A stretch of 64,000 nt of DNA, from positions 186,496,001 through 186,560,000 of the forward strand of contig NW_027362768.1 in the NCBI RefSeq assembly GCF_046119375.1, given 5' to 3'. Origin of the DNA: Phyllobates terribilis (lineage: Eukaryota). Under the pieces are notes generated by a model that was not told the origin of the DNA, searched no databases, and saw only the letters and a list, made by a program, of their open reading frames with translations. Below, piece after piece: positions 49,550-61,149 of the stretch (position 1 is its first letter; every line of letters starts with the position of its first letter). Position numbers and translations under genes: made by a program.

Positions 49550-51775
49550 GCAGCAATCTGATTGGTCCTAACGGGGTCTGGAGTGAATGCAGCAATCTGA
49601 TTGGTCCTAACGGGCTCTGGAGTGAATGCAGCAATCTGATTGGCCCTAACGGGCTCTGGAGTAAATGCAGCAATCTGATTGGTCCTAACGGGCTCTGGCG
49701 TGAATGCAGCAATCTGATTGGTCCTAACGGGCTCTGGAGTAAATGCAGCAATCTGATTGGTCCTAACGGGCTCTGGAGTAAATTCAGCAATCTGATTGGT
49801 CCTAACAGGCTCTGGAGTAAATGCCGCAATCTGATTGGTCCTAATGGGATCTGGAGTAAATGCAGCAATCTGGTTGCAATGGGTTCGGAATAAATGCAGT
49901 GATCTGGTTATATGAGATTTGAGTAAATGCAGCGATCTGGTTGCTATGGGCTCTGGAGTAAATGAAGTGATCTGGTTTGAATAAATGCAGCAATCTGGTT
50001 GCTATGGGCTCAGAGTAAATGCAGCGATCTGGTTGCTATGGGTTTGGAGTAAATGCAGTGATCTGGTTTCTATGGGTTTGGAGTAAATGCAGTGATCTGG
50101 TTGCTATGGGCTTGGAATAAATGCAGCAATCTGGTTGCTATGGGCTCAGAGTAAATGCAGCGATCTGGTTGCTATGGGTTTGGAGTAAATGCAGTGATCT
50201 GGTTGCTATGGGCTTGGAGTAAATGCAGTGATCTGGTTGCTATGGGCTTGGAGTAAATGCAGCGATCTGGTTGCTATGGGTTTGGAGTAAATGCAGCGAT
50301 CTGGTTGCTATGGGTTTGGAGTAAATGCAGCGATCTGGTTGCTATGGGTTTGGAGTAAATGCAGTGATCTGGTTGCTATGGCCTTGGAGTAAATGCAGTG
50401 ATCTGGTTGCTATGGGCTTGGAGTAAATGCAGCGATCTGGTTGCTATGGGTTTGGAGTAAATGCAGCGATCTGGTTGCTATGGGTTTGGAGTAAATGCAG
50501 CGATCTGGTTGCTATGGGTTTGGAGTAAATGCAGTGATCTGGTTGCTATGGGTTTGGAGTAAATGCAGTGATCTGGTTGCTATGGGTTTGGAGTAAATGC
50601 AGTGATCTGGTTGCTATGGGCTTGGAGTAAATGCAGCGATCTGGTGGCTATGGGTTTGGAGTAAATGCAGCAATCTGGTTGCTATGGGTTTGGAGTAAAT
50701 GCAGTGATCTGGTTGCTATGGGCTTGGAGTAAATGCAGCGATCTGGTTGCTATGGGCTTGGAATAAATGCAGCAATCTGATTGCTATGGGCTTGGAGCAA
50801 ATGCAACGATCTGGTTGCTATGGGTTTGGAGTAAATGCAGTAATCTGGTTGCTATGGGTTTGGAGTAAATGCAGCGATCTGGTTGCTATGGAATTTGAGT
50901 AAATGCAGTGATCTGGTTGCTATGGGCTTGGAATAAATGCAGCAGTCTGGTTGCTATGGGCTTGGAGTAAATGCAGTGATCTGGTTGCTATGGGATTTGA
51001 GTAAATGCAGTGATCTGGTTGCTATGGGCTTGGAATAAATGCAGCAGTCTGGTTGCTATGGGTTTTGAGTAAATGCAGCAATCTGGTTGCTATGGGTTTG
51101 GAGTAAATGCAGTGATCTGGTTGCTATGGGTTTGGAGTAAATGCAGCAATCTGGTTGCTATGGGTTTGGAGTAAATGCAGTGATCTGGTTGCTATGGGTT
51201 TGGAGTAAATGCAGCAATCTAGTTGCTATGGGTTTGGAGTAAATGCAGTGATTTGGTTGCTATGGGTTTGGAGTAAATGCAGTGATTTGGTTGCTATGGG
51301 ATTTGAGTAAATGTAGTGATCTGCTTGCTATGGGATTTGAGTAAATGCAGTGATCTGGTTGCTATGGGCTCAGAATAAATGCAGCAATCTGGTTGCTATG
51401 GGATTTGAGTAAATGCAGTGATCTGGTTGCTATGGGATTTGAGTAAATGCAGTGATCTGGTTGCTATGGGCTTGGAGTGAATGAAGCGATCTCGTTGCTA
51501 TGGGCTTGGAGTAAATGCAGTGATCTGCTTGCTATGGGATTTGAGTAAATGCAGTGATCTGGTTGCTAAGGGCTCAGAATAAATGCAGCAATCTGGTTGC
51601 TATGGGATTTGAGTAAATTCAGTGATCTGGTTGCTATGGGATTTGAGTAAATGCAGTGATCTGGTTGCTATGGGCTTGAAGTGAATGAAGCGATCTCGTT
51701 GCTATGGGCTCGGAGTAAGCGCAGCGATCTGGTTGCTATGGCTTTGGAGTAAATGCAGCGATCTGGTTGGTATGG
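49550..51775. repeat. Compound array in MSH4 intron 1: eight 39-bp CCAAT-containing units, then about 55 units of 34 bp
   Basis: GCAGCAATCTGATTGGTCCTAACGGGCTCTGGAGTAAAT (49550-49861), then GCAGTGATCTGGTTGCTATGGGTTTGGAGTAAAT. Confidence 0.95.
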
Positions 51776-51858
51776 ACAAATGTAGTTTATTACAAGAAAA
51801 TGAATGGACTCCTTACTATGACCGGGGAAGCGAGCAGCATCGAATGTTATCACATTAA

Positions 51859-52292
51859 AGGAAATCTGTCAGCAGATTTCACCCTCAAACCACTTATATG
51901 TACATGCAGCTCTTTCACAGACAAGTCGAGCAATTCCTTTGCAAGACCAGTCCGTTCCTCCATTATTGAGAAATCAGTATTTATAGTAATATGCAAATGA
52001 AGAGCAATGGTAGATCTTAAGCCTCTGTCACTCCAGCTCTCTTCCCCGCCCAGCGCCGCCGCCTTCTTCTTGACTGACAGCCTCTAAGCTGTGTGATGTC
52101 AGTGAAAGGAGGGCAGGGAATAGAGCTGGAGTGACGGAGGCTTCAGACTTACCATAGCTCTTCAGCCTCATTTACGTTTTCAGACGCTGATTTCTCAGTA
52201 ATGGAGAAACAGACCGGCCATGTAAAGGCATCGCTGGAAGTGTCTGTGAAAGAGCTACATGAGCATATTATAGCTGCTGGCAGATTCTTTTT
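51859..52292. mobile_element. Kolobok/T2-type MITE
   Basis: TTAA AGGAAATCTGTCAGCAG start, with long imperfect inverted arms ending CTGGCAGATTCTTT. Confidence 0.6.
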
Positions 52293-53740
52293 GCTTTAAT
52301 TTTTTTCCTCCCTTTGTTCCAAGGGCTATTACTTTTTTTTCGTTTTTCTGTCCACATACCCACACAAGGGCTTGTATTTTGTGGGATAAGTTGTGGTTTT
52401 CACTTTACCATATAATTTACAGACAAGATTACAAGTGCAGTGAAATGGTGACAAAAATGCAATTCCACCATTGTTTTTATTTTAGTTTTGTTTTTTTACA
52501 GGGTTAATTGTGCGGTAAGAATGACCCTGTAATGCCATTTTCCAGGTCGGTGCGATTACAGTGATATCAAACTTTTAGAGTTTTTTTTATATATATTTTA
52601 GGCATGGGGTATTCTGGAAATTAGTTTTGTGTCTCCATTTTCTGATACCTGTAAAACTTTGTTATTTTTCTTGTATTTTTGTGCTGAAGTTGTTATTGAC
52701 ACTACTTGGGGATGCATATTATTATTAGTATTAATTGCTTCTCATTGTATTTTTTGGAAGGAGCCTGTGACTGAAAGAATGGAAAGGTCTGTAGTTTTTA
52801 TCGTAGATACACTTCACCTGTGAGAGACAGAATCTAAAAAAAAAAATCAGAAAATCACATTGTATAATTTTTACATACCGTAATTAATTTGCATTTTATT
52901 GCATGAAATAAGTATTTGATCACCGACCAACCAGCAAGAATTCTGGCTCTCACAGACCTGTTAGTTTTTCTTTAAGAAGCCCTCCTACTCTGCACTCATT
53001 ACCTGTATTAATTGCACCTTTCTGAACTCCTTACCTGTATAAAAGACACCTGTCCACACACTCAATCAATCACACTCCAACCTCTCCACCATGGCCAAGA
53101 CCAAAGAGCTGTCTAAGGACACCAGGGACAAAATTGTAGACCTGCACAAGGCTGGGATGGGCTACAGGACAGTAGGCGAGAAGCTTGGTGAGAAGATAAC
53201 AACTGTTGGCAAAATGATTAGAAAATGGAAGAAACACAAGAAGACTGTGAATCTTCCTCGGTCTGGAGCTCCATGCAAGAGCTCGCCTCGTGGGGTAAGG
53301 ATGATTCTGAGAAAGGTCAGGAATCAGCCCAGAACTACACGGGAGGACCTGGTCAATGACCTGAAGAGAGCTATAACACACTACGCCGTCATGGATTAAA
53401 ATCCTGCAGGCAAGCAAGGTCCCCGTGGTCACGCCAGCACATGTCCAGGCCCGTTTGAAGGTCGCCAATGACCATCTGGATGATCCAGAGGAGGTATGGG
53501 AGAAGATCATGTAGTCAGATGAGACCAAAATAGAACTTTTAGGTATCAACTCCACTCACTGTGTTTGGAGGAAGAAGAAGGATGAGTACAACCCCAAGAA
53601 CACCGTCCCAACCATGAAGCATGGTGGGGGAAATATCATACTTTGTCGGTGCTTTTCTGCAAAGGGGACAGGATGACTGCACCATATTGAAGGGAGGATG
53701 GATGGGGTCATTTATCGCTAGATTTTGGCCAACAACCTCC

Positions 53741-56700
53741 TGTAACATACCTGGCGGCGTCCTTGCATGGTGGTCCATCTCCCACTGTGCAAGAGGGCGC
53801 ACTTGATCTCCTGTCCAGAATGTCTCTCTGGCTTCCCTCCATGCTGTCTGTTTGTGTCTGTTTCTGCTGCTTAAGGGCGGCGCCCGATCACTTCCTGCCT
53901 TTTGTACCTGCTGTGGGTCACACCCCTTGTGCGTCCTCAGCCTATTGCTGTCTGTCACTTGGTATATAGCTCAGCAGCTCCCTTCTATCCCTGCCTGAGC
54001 ATAGTGTTTCCTTCAGTGTGTGCTTGCACTCTGAAGGTGCCAGGTCCCGTCTCTTGTCTCCTGCTTTCTGTATCAGTTCCCGTGTCTGAACTGAGTCCTG
54101 TATGTCTCCTGCTTTGCGGTATCAGCTCCCGTGTCTGAACTGTGTCCTGTATGTCTCCTGCTTTGCGGTATCAGCTCCCGTGTCTGAACTGAGTCCTGTA
54201 TGTCTCCTGCTTTGCGGTATCAGCTCCCGTGTCTGAACTGAGTCCTGTATGTCTCCTGCTTTGCGGTATCAGCTCCCGTGTCTGAACTGAGTCCTTTCTG
54301 TGTTCTCTTGTCTGTCCTGTCTGAACACGCTCCTAGCCTGTTCCTCTCGCCTTCTAGTGGCCGATTTCCTAGACCCGCTCCTGCGTCTGGTCTGTCCTGT
54401 CTGAACACGCTCCTTGCCTGTTCGTTCCGCCTCTCTGGGGGCCGTATTCCCAGACCCGCTCCTGTATCCCTCTGCAGTGTCGGTCTCCTCCGTACACTCA
54501 GTTCCAGTCTGAACTCTCTCCTGTCCTTTACCTGTTTTGCCTCTATCTCCGTTCCCTTCCTTTTTCTGCAGAGTCTGAACTCGTACCTAACTCCTGCTTG
54601 TTGTCTCTGCAAGTACTGTGTGAGTATCTGGCTCTGTCTTTCCCTTCCTGTCTGTTCCGTGTGAACAGAGCCCTGTCCTCCCTGCTCAGCCTTGTCTGCA
54701 CTCTAGCTGTGCTTGCCTGTTACCCTCTGCCTGTATTGTTCCTGAGTCCCGGTGTGTACTGGGTTCTATCCCGCCTGTGTTCCTACCTGCTAGTGCCTCC
54801 CTGTCTGCACTCTAGCTGTGCTTGCCTTTACCCCCCTGCCTGCATACCCGCCTGCCTGCATACCAGTCGTGCCTGCCTATACCCTCCAGTCTGTGTGCCA
54901 GCCTACCAGCCTGTTCCTGTATTCCCCTGTGTGGGTCAACAGCCGTGTCCGGGGTCTGTCCTGGAGTAGCACCTGGTCCCTCTGCTCGGTTCCTCCTTGG
55001 TGCACTGGCGTCGTATGCCGTCGTGCGACCCTGGTCGGATCGGGTGAATACTTAGTCACGCCCCTCCAGGCATTCACTCTCCGGCACGGTCCAGTGGAAT
55101 CACTACCAATCCCACGCACACGCCGCTTAGCCCGGGCGTGTGCATAACAGCATGCTCAGGCCATGGTTCCCGTTGAGCCCCACGGCCTTCGCTCTTTGAG
55201 AAGTTTTTCCAGCGAATACATGCATTAAAATAAAATAAATAAATTTTTTTTCCCCCTTTAGCTGAGTTCCAGGCGAATTACGCACCCGTCCAGATGGATC
55301 TATCAGCTCTCGTTCCTGCGGATCCGCCACGTTACTATGGGGATCCAAGACAGTGTCGTGCATTTGTGGAGCAATGCATGCTACACTTTAAGGCCTACCC
55401 TCTCTATTTTCCTTCCGATTGGGCTAAAGTGGCCTTTATGATTGACTACCTAGCGGGTGATGCCTTGAAATGGGTCACCCCCCCTATGGGAAGCATGGGA
55501 TCCTGTCATCCTTGACCTGCAGGCCTTCCTGGTGGCCTTTCGTATGGTCTTCGAGGACCCTAACTCTGAAGCCCCTGCTGAAGCTTCACTTCCCAATATC
55601 CCGGAGCAGCCCCGACGGGTAATGTGTGTGGGTAGCGCAATAGTCCTCCAGCCCAATGAGACTACTGCCCACCCAGAATCCTCACAGGGCGACTACGCTT
55701 TCCGGAATACTTCTCTCAACCTCAAGAGGCAGTCCAGACGTGCTAGACTTAGAGGCAAGCCGTCACGCCAGGGTCTGTCCTCCCTGAGACCTCCTGACCC
55801 CAACCTTGAAGTCCCTACTGAAGCTTCATCTCCCTGTATCCCGGAGAAACCCCAATGGGTAATGTGCGTGGGTAGTGCACCAGTTCTCCTGGCCGAAGAG
55901 ACTTCTGCCCATCCAGACTCCACACAGGAGAACTTCCTGCACCCGGCATCAGATGCTTCTTTCTCTTTAACCGGTGTGCATGTCCAAGGATGCTCCAAAG
56001 CTGTGGTTACCTCAGAGTCTGTGCACCTCTACTACCTGGCGGAGGATCCCCTGTTGCCTCCTGAACCCTCCGGGATACCACTCGATGACAAATGGAGAGA
56101 GACTTCTCTACACCCGGTACTCAATACTTTGTCCGCTTCGTCCTGTGAGCCTGACAATGGGTACCCCAAAGTGGTAGTTACCTCCGAGTCTCTACACCCC
56201 TCCGACCAGGCGGAGGATCTCCAGTTGTCTCCTGAACCCTTCGGGGTGCTACCTGGTAGCGAAAGGACAGAGACTCTCTTATACTCTGTACCTGATACCT
56301 CGCTCGCTTCGTCCAGTGAGTCCAACCTAGTGTACTCCGAAGCAGAGGTTACTCCTGAGTCTCTACACCCCTCCGACCAGGCGGAGGACCTCCAGTTGTG
56401 TTCAGAATCCTTCGGGGTGCCACCTGGTGGTGAATGGACAGAGACTTTCCTATATCCTGGATCTGATACCTCGCTCGCTTCGTCCAGTGAGTCCAACCTA
56501 GTGTACTCCGAAGCAGAGGTTACTCCTGAGTCTCTACACCCCTCCGACCAGGCGGAGGACCTCCAGTTGTGTTCAGAATCCTTCGGGGTGCCACCTGGTG
56601 GTGAATGGACAGAGACTTTCCTATATCCTGGATCTGATACCTCGCTTGCTTCGTCCAGTGAGTCCGACCTAGTGTACTCTGAAGCAGAGGTTACCCGTGA

Positions 56701-58550
56701 GTCTCTACACCCCTCTGACCAGGCGGAGGACCGCCAGCTGTCTCCAGAACCCTTCGGGGTGCCACCTGGTGGTGAATGGACAGAGACTTTCCTATACTCG
56801 GTACCCGATACCTCGCCTGCTTCCTCCAGTGAGTCCGACCTAGTGTACTCTGAAGCAGTTGTTTTCTCTGAGCCTCTGCACTCTTCTGACCCGGCGGAGG
56901 ACCTCCAGTTGTTTCCTGAATCCTCCGGGATACCTCCAGATAACAAAGAGACAGTGACTTTTCCTCATTATGTACCTGATAACCCGTCTATTTCTTCCTG
57001 TGAGCTTGACAAGATGTACCTCGAAGCAGAGATTACCCTTAAGTCTCTGTCCCCCTCCAACCCAGTGAACGACTGGTCCTCGAATTCCCTGCGGAAGATT
57101 CTGGCAGGCCTGAAGAAGAGGGGGCGTAAGGGGGGAGGTACTGTAACATACCTGGCGGCGTCCTTGCATGGTGGTCCATCTCCCACTGTGCAAGAGGGCG
57201 CACTTGATCTCCTGTCCAGAATGTCTCTCTGGCTTCCCTCCATGCTGTCTGTTTGTGTCTGTTTCTGCTGCTTAAGGGCGGCGCCCGATCACTTCCTGCC
57301 TTTTGTACCTGCTGTGGGTCACACCCCTTGTGCGTCCTCAGCCTATTGCTGTCTGTCACTTGGTATATAGCTCAGCAGCTCCCTTCTATCCCTGCCTGAG
57401 CATAGTGTTTCCTTCAGTGTGTGCTTGCACTCTGAAGGTGCCAGGTCCCGTCTCTTGTCTCCTGCTTTCTGTATCAGTTCCCGTGTCTGAACTGAGTCCT
57501 GTATGTCTCCTGCTTTGCGGTATCAGCTCCCGTGTCTGAACTGTGTCCTGTATGTCTCCTGCTTTGCGGTATCAGCTCCCGTGTCTGAACTGAGTCCTGT
57601 ATGTCTCCTGCTTTGCGGTATCAGCTCCCGTGTCTGAACTGAGTCCTGTATGTCTCCTGCTTTGCGGTATCAGCTCCCGTGTCTGAACTGAGTCCTTTCT
57701 GTGTTCTCTTGTCTGTCCTGTCTGAACACGCTCCTAGCCTGTTCCTCTCGCCTTCTAGTGGCCGATTTCCTAGACCCGCTCCTGCGTCTGGTCTGTCCTG
57801 TCTGAACACGCTCCTTGCCTGTTCGTTCCGCCTCTCTGGGGGCCGTATTCCCAGACCCGCTCCTGTATCCCTCTGCAGTGTCGGTCTCCTCCGTACACTC
57901 AGTTCCAGTCTGAACTCTCTCCTGTCCTTTACCTGTTTTGCCTCTATCTCCGTTCCCTTCCTTTTTCTGCAGAGTCTGAACTCGTACCTAACTCCTGCTT
58001 GTTGTCTCTGCAAGTACTGTGTGAGTATCTGGCTCTGTCTTTCCCTTCCTGTCTGTTCCGTGTGAACAGAGCCCTGTCCTCCCTGCTCAGCCTTGTCTGC
58101 ACTCTAGCTGTGCTTGCCTGTTACCCTCTGCCTGTATTGTTCCTGAGTCCCGGTGTGTACTGGGTTCTATCCCGCCTGTGTTCCTACCTGCTAGTGCCTC
58201 CCTGTCTGCACTCTAGCTGTGCTTGCCTTTACCCCCCTGCCTGCATACCCGCCTGCCTGCATACCAGTCGTGCCTGCCTATACCCTCCAGTCTGTGTGCC
58301 AGCCTACCAGCCTGTTCCTGTATTCCCCTGTGTGGGTCAACAGCCGTGTCCGGGGTCTGTCCTGGAGTAGCACCTGGTCCCTCTGCTCGGTTCCTCCTTG
58401 GTGCACTGGCGTCGTATGCCGTCGTGCGACCCTGGTCGGATCGGGTGAATACTTAGTCACGCCCCTCCAGGCATTCACTCTCCGGCACGGTCCAGTGGAA
58501 TCACTACCAATCCCACGCACACGCCGCTTAGCCCGGGCGTGTGCATAACA
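53741..58550 (+). mobile_element. Young non-autonomous Ty3/Gypsy (Tf1/sushi-like) LTR element lacking pol
   Basis: LTRs 53741-55149 and 57142-58550 (TGTAACA...ATAACA, 1409 bp, offset 3401, ORF tracks identical); CCTCC on both flanks; polypurine tract 57111-57138; internal region only 1992 bp. Confidence 0.95.
55294..57370 (+). CDS. Gag-derived ORF (sushi/RTL-type capsid-like domain plus 57-aa acidic repeats) with one +1 frameshift in a C7 run
   Basis: PPRYYGDPRQCRAFVEQCMLHF..YFPSDWAKVAFMIDYLAGDALKWVTP joins LWEAWDPV..FLVAFRMVFEDP if one C at 55478-55484 is removed; the frame then stays open to TAG 57368-57370 in the 3' LTR. Confidence 0.6.
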
Positions 58551-60134
58551 CCTCCTCAGTAAGAGCATTAAAGTTGTGTCGTGGCTGGGTCTTCCAGCAT
58601 GACAATGACCCGAAACACATAGACAGGGCAACTAAGGAGTGGCTCTATAAGAAGCATTTCACGGTCCTGGAGTGGCCTAGCCAGTCTCAAGACCTGAACC
58701 CAATAGAAAATCTTTGGAGGAAGCTGAAACTCAATGTTGCCCAGTAACAACCCCGAAACATCAGGAGAAGATCTGTATGGAGGAGGGGGCCAAAATCCCT
58801 GCTGCAGTGTGTGCAAACCTGGTCAAGAACTACAGGAAACGTCTGACCTCTGTAATTGTAACAAAGGTTTCTGGACCAAATATTAAGTTCTGTTTTTCTA
58901 TTGTATCAAATACTTATTTCATGCAATAAAATGCAAATTGATTATGTAAAAATCCTACAATGTGATTTTCTGGATTTTTTTTTTGATTCTGTCTCTCACT
59001 GGTGAAGTGTATCTACGATAAATATTACAGACCTCTCCATTCTTTGTGGGTGGGAAAACTTGCAAAATCTGCAGTGTATCAAATGCTTATTTTCGCCACT
59101 GTGTATACCTTAGCAGACTGGATCAAATACCGTCTGCAGTATCCATCGTCAGTGATTGGACCAATCTAGACCTGGAGAATCCAACACTGACATACCCAAA
59201 CATACAGCAATCAGCAGCCAGCAGTCCTTTCATGAGTGGGCAAGTTTTCATTTTTTTTGTTGCCGTTTTTTCCTCCTCTTCCAAGTGGGGTGTAATGATG
59301 AAAGAAAAAGAACACTTCCACCATTATATTTGGACTTTCACTATTATTGCATTTATTGTCCAGTAAAAATGTCCCAATCACATAACTCTCCAGTTCGGTA
59401 CAATTATGGTGAGATGAAACTTGCACAGTTTTTAGAACATTTTAATGGTTAAAAAACTGCTTGAGAACACTGTTTGTTTTTACCTTTTTAACATGGATTT
59501 TTCTCTGAGTAATTTTTTTTTGCCTTTTTTATGATGTTTAGGTTTTTGTGTATGAGACTTTTTTTTTTCAATTGATTCAATAGTGAAATTTGGAGTAATT
59601 TTTTTCCAAGCAAAACTGCCTCAAGAATTGACACTTTTTTTCCATGTGCAAAAAAAAAAGCATTGTGTGCACTATGGCTGAGTTTTCCCATTGAAATATA
59701 CACAAAGCCTTTTCAGAGAATATTTGAAACATTTTTTTTTCTGGTGGATATTCTAGCAGAAATCTCGCCAAAAAAACCTCCTTGTGAATATATTCTAGGG
59801 CTATGTTCACATAATTTTTTTGTGGATTTTTCTGGCTGAAAAAAAAACCCATCTAAAAACTCTTCCATAAGACACTTGTTATTTTGCTGCAGTTTTGTAA
59901 AAGCGTGTTATTTTTTTTTTTAAATAGTTTTGATGCAGATTGTATTATAATATGAAGTGTGGCAATAGGGTCAGGTTTTTTTAGCGTGTTACAGCTGCCA
60001 AAAACTTTACAGAAAAAAAGTATCAAAAATTGCGATAAAAGCCCCCCCCCCAAAAATTATTTTTTTCCTTCTGTTTTGATGTGTTTTTTCACACTTTACT
60101 TCAGCGTGGCCTTTTGATTTGTTTTTAATTATTA

Positions 60135-60412
60135 GGCTATGTTTTTTTTTCACATGGATTTTGAAGTTTCAAAATCCACATCAAAAGGTCTCTGAATTCT
60201 CTAATGTGGATTTTAGAGCAGATCTGCTTCAAAATCCACATCAAGAAAATCACTCTAAAAACACAGAAAAAAAAACCACTTGTGCAATATAGGCACCTTT
60301 GAAATGAATAGGAAGCTTGTTGCTAGCAGATTTGAAGAGTTTATTTTATATACAGATTTTGATGCAGAATCCCTGCAATAAGCCACGTAGCTAAACTCTG
60401 TGTGAACATGCC
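60135..60412. mobile_element. Probable Harbinger-type MITE remnant
   Basis: GGCTATGTT..CACA / TGTGAACATGCCC ends like 639/1718; similar ends at ~59808 and 16002-16302. Confidence 0.4.
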
Positions 60413-60960
60413 CGAATAGGATGTGTTTTTTTTGGTGCATTTCCTCAGCAAAAATAACATGAAAAGCCACGATAAAAACATTTATGAAAAGTGCTCGTCT
60501 TGCTGCGATTTGCACCCAGAAAATGCGCCAAAGAATTGAGACGACACGTATGATAAAAAATGCGACTTGCACTGTTGTCCCGCTTTCACATTCAAATCAT
60601 TTGGGAGTTTTTTGCAAGCAGAATTTAAAGATTTTTTTGTTGGGTTATGGATTTTGGTGCAATTTGGGTTTTAGATGAAACGCTGCAGATTTCAGTTAAG
60701 AAATCTTCATAAAATCCTCAACAGATGCGGAACATGCTTACCGAGCCTTCGGCCTCCTTTACGTGCACTTTTGGGTTTTTTTCATACATTTTTAGTGTGG
60801 TTTTCTTCTTCTAAGATAACTAACAATATGTAGACGGCTGAACTGCAGCTCAGAAAGTCCTTCCGGAGACGGCTCTGAATGTCGCTCTGTCACCGCACTC
60901 ATATTGGGGAGATCTCTCTTCATTTTCAAATTATTTTTTTTTCTGTAGCTTTTTCCGCAG

Positions 60961-61131
60961 AACCTTATTTTGCAGACAGAAGTTCCTTTGCGGATAATAC
61001 CAGCGCTTTCCACGCTGCCTCCGTTAGCAGCAGCTCTTCCAGAAAAGCTCCCAACAGTCCCTGTGCCAGAAAACTAGCCGGCGGCTACTGCACAAAATCC
61101 AAACTCCAGACTCCGGTGACCGGATATACAG
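60961..61131 (+). CDS. MSH4: MSH4 exon 2 (gene continues beyond the window)
   Basis: ttttccgcag acceptor; PYFADRSSFADNT...SSSSS...KLQTPVTGYT parallels human SYFGNKRAYAENT...SSSS...WTPQVGYS; 171 nt, phase 1-1, donor GTAGTG. Confidence 0.75.
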
Positions 61132-61149
61132 GTAGTGCTCTCACACAAT

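Larger units (their letters stand above)
52774..59101 (+). mobile_element. Third Tc1 family ([16 protein letters not shown] transposase), decayed, interrupted by the LTR element
   Basis: Left TIR truncated at ~52774, matching right TIR 58905-59101; transposase remnants at 53091-53740 and 58551-58870 ([24 protein letters not shown]). Confidence 0.9.

Noticed and set aside
55225-55261. Poly-A/T tract and acceptor-like TTTTCCCCCTTTAG upstream of the Gag ATG in the LTR element
   Set aside because: No convincing matching donor identified; may be a low-complexity insertion.
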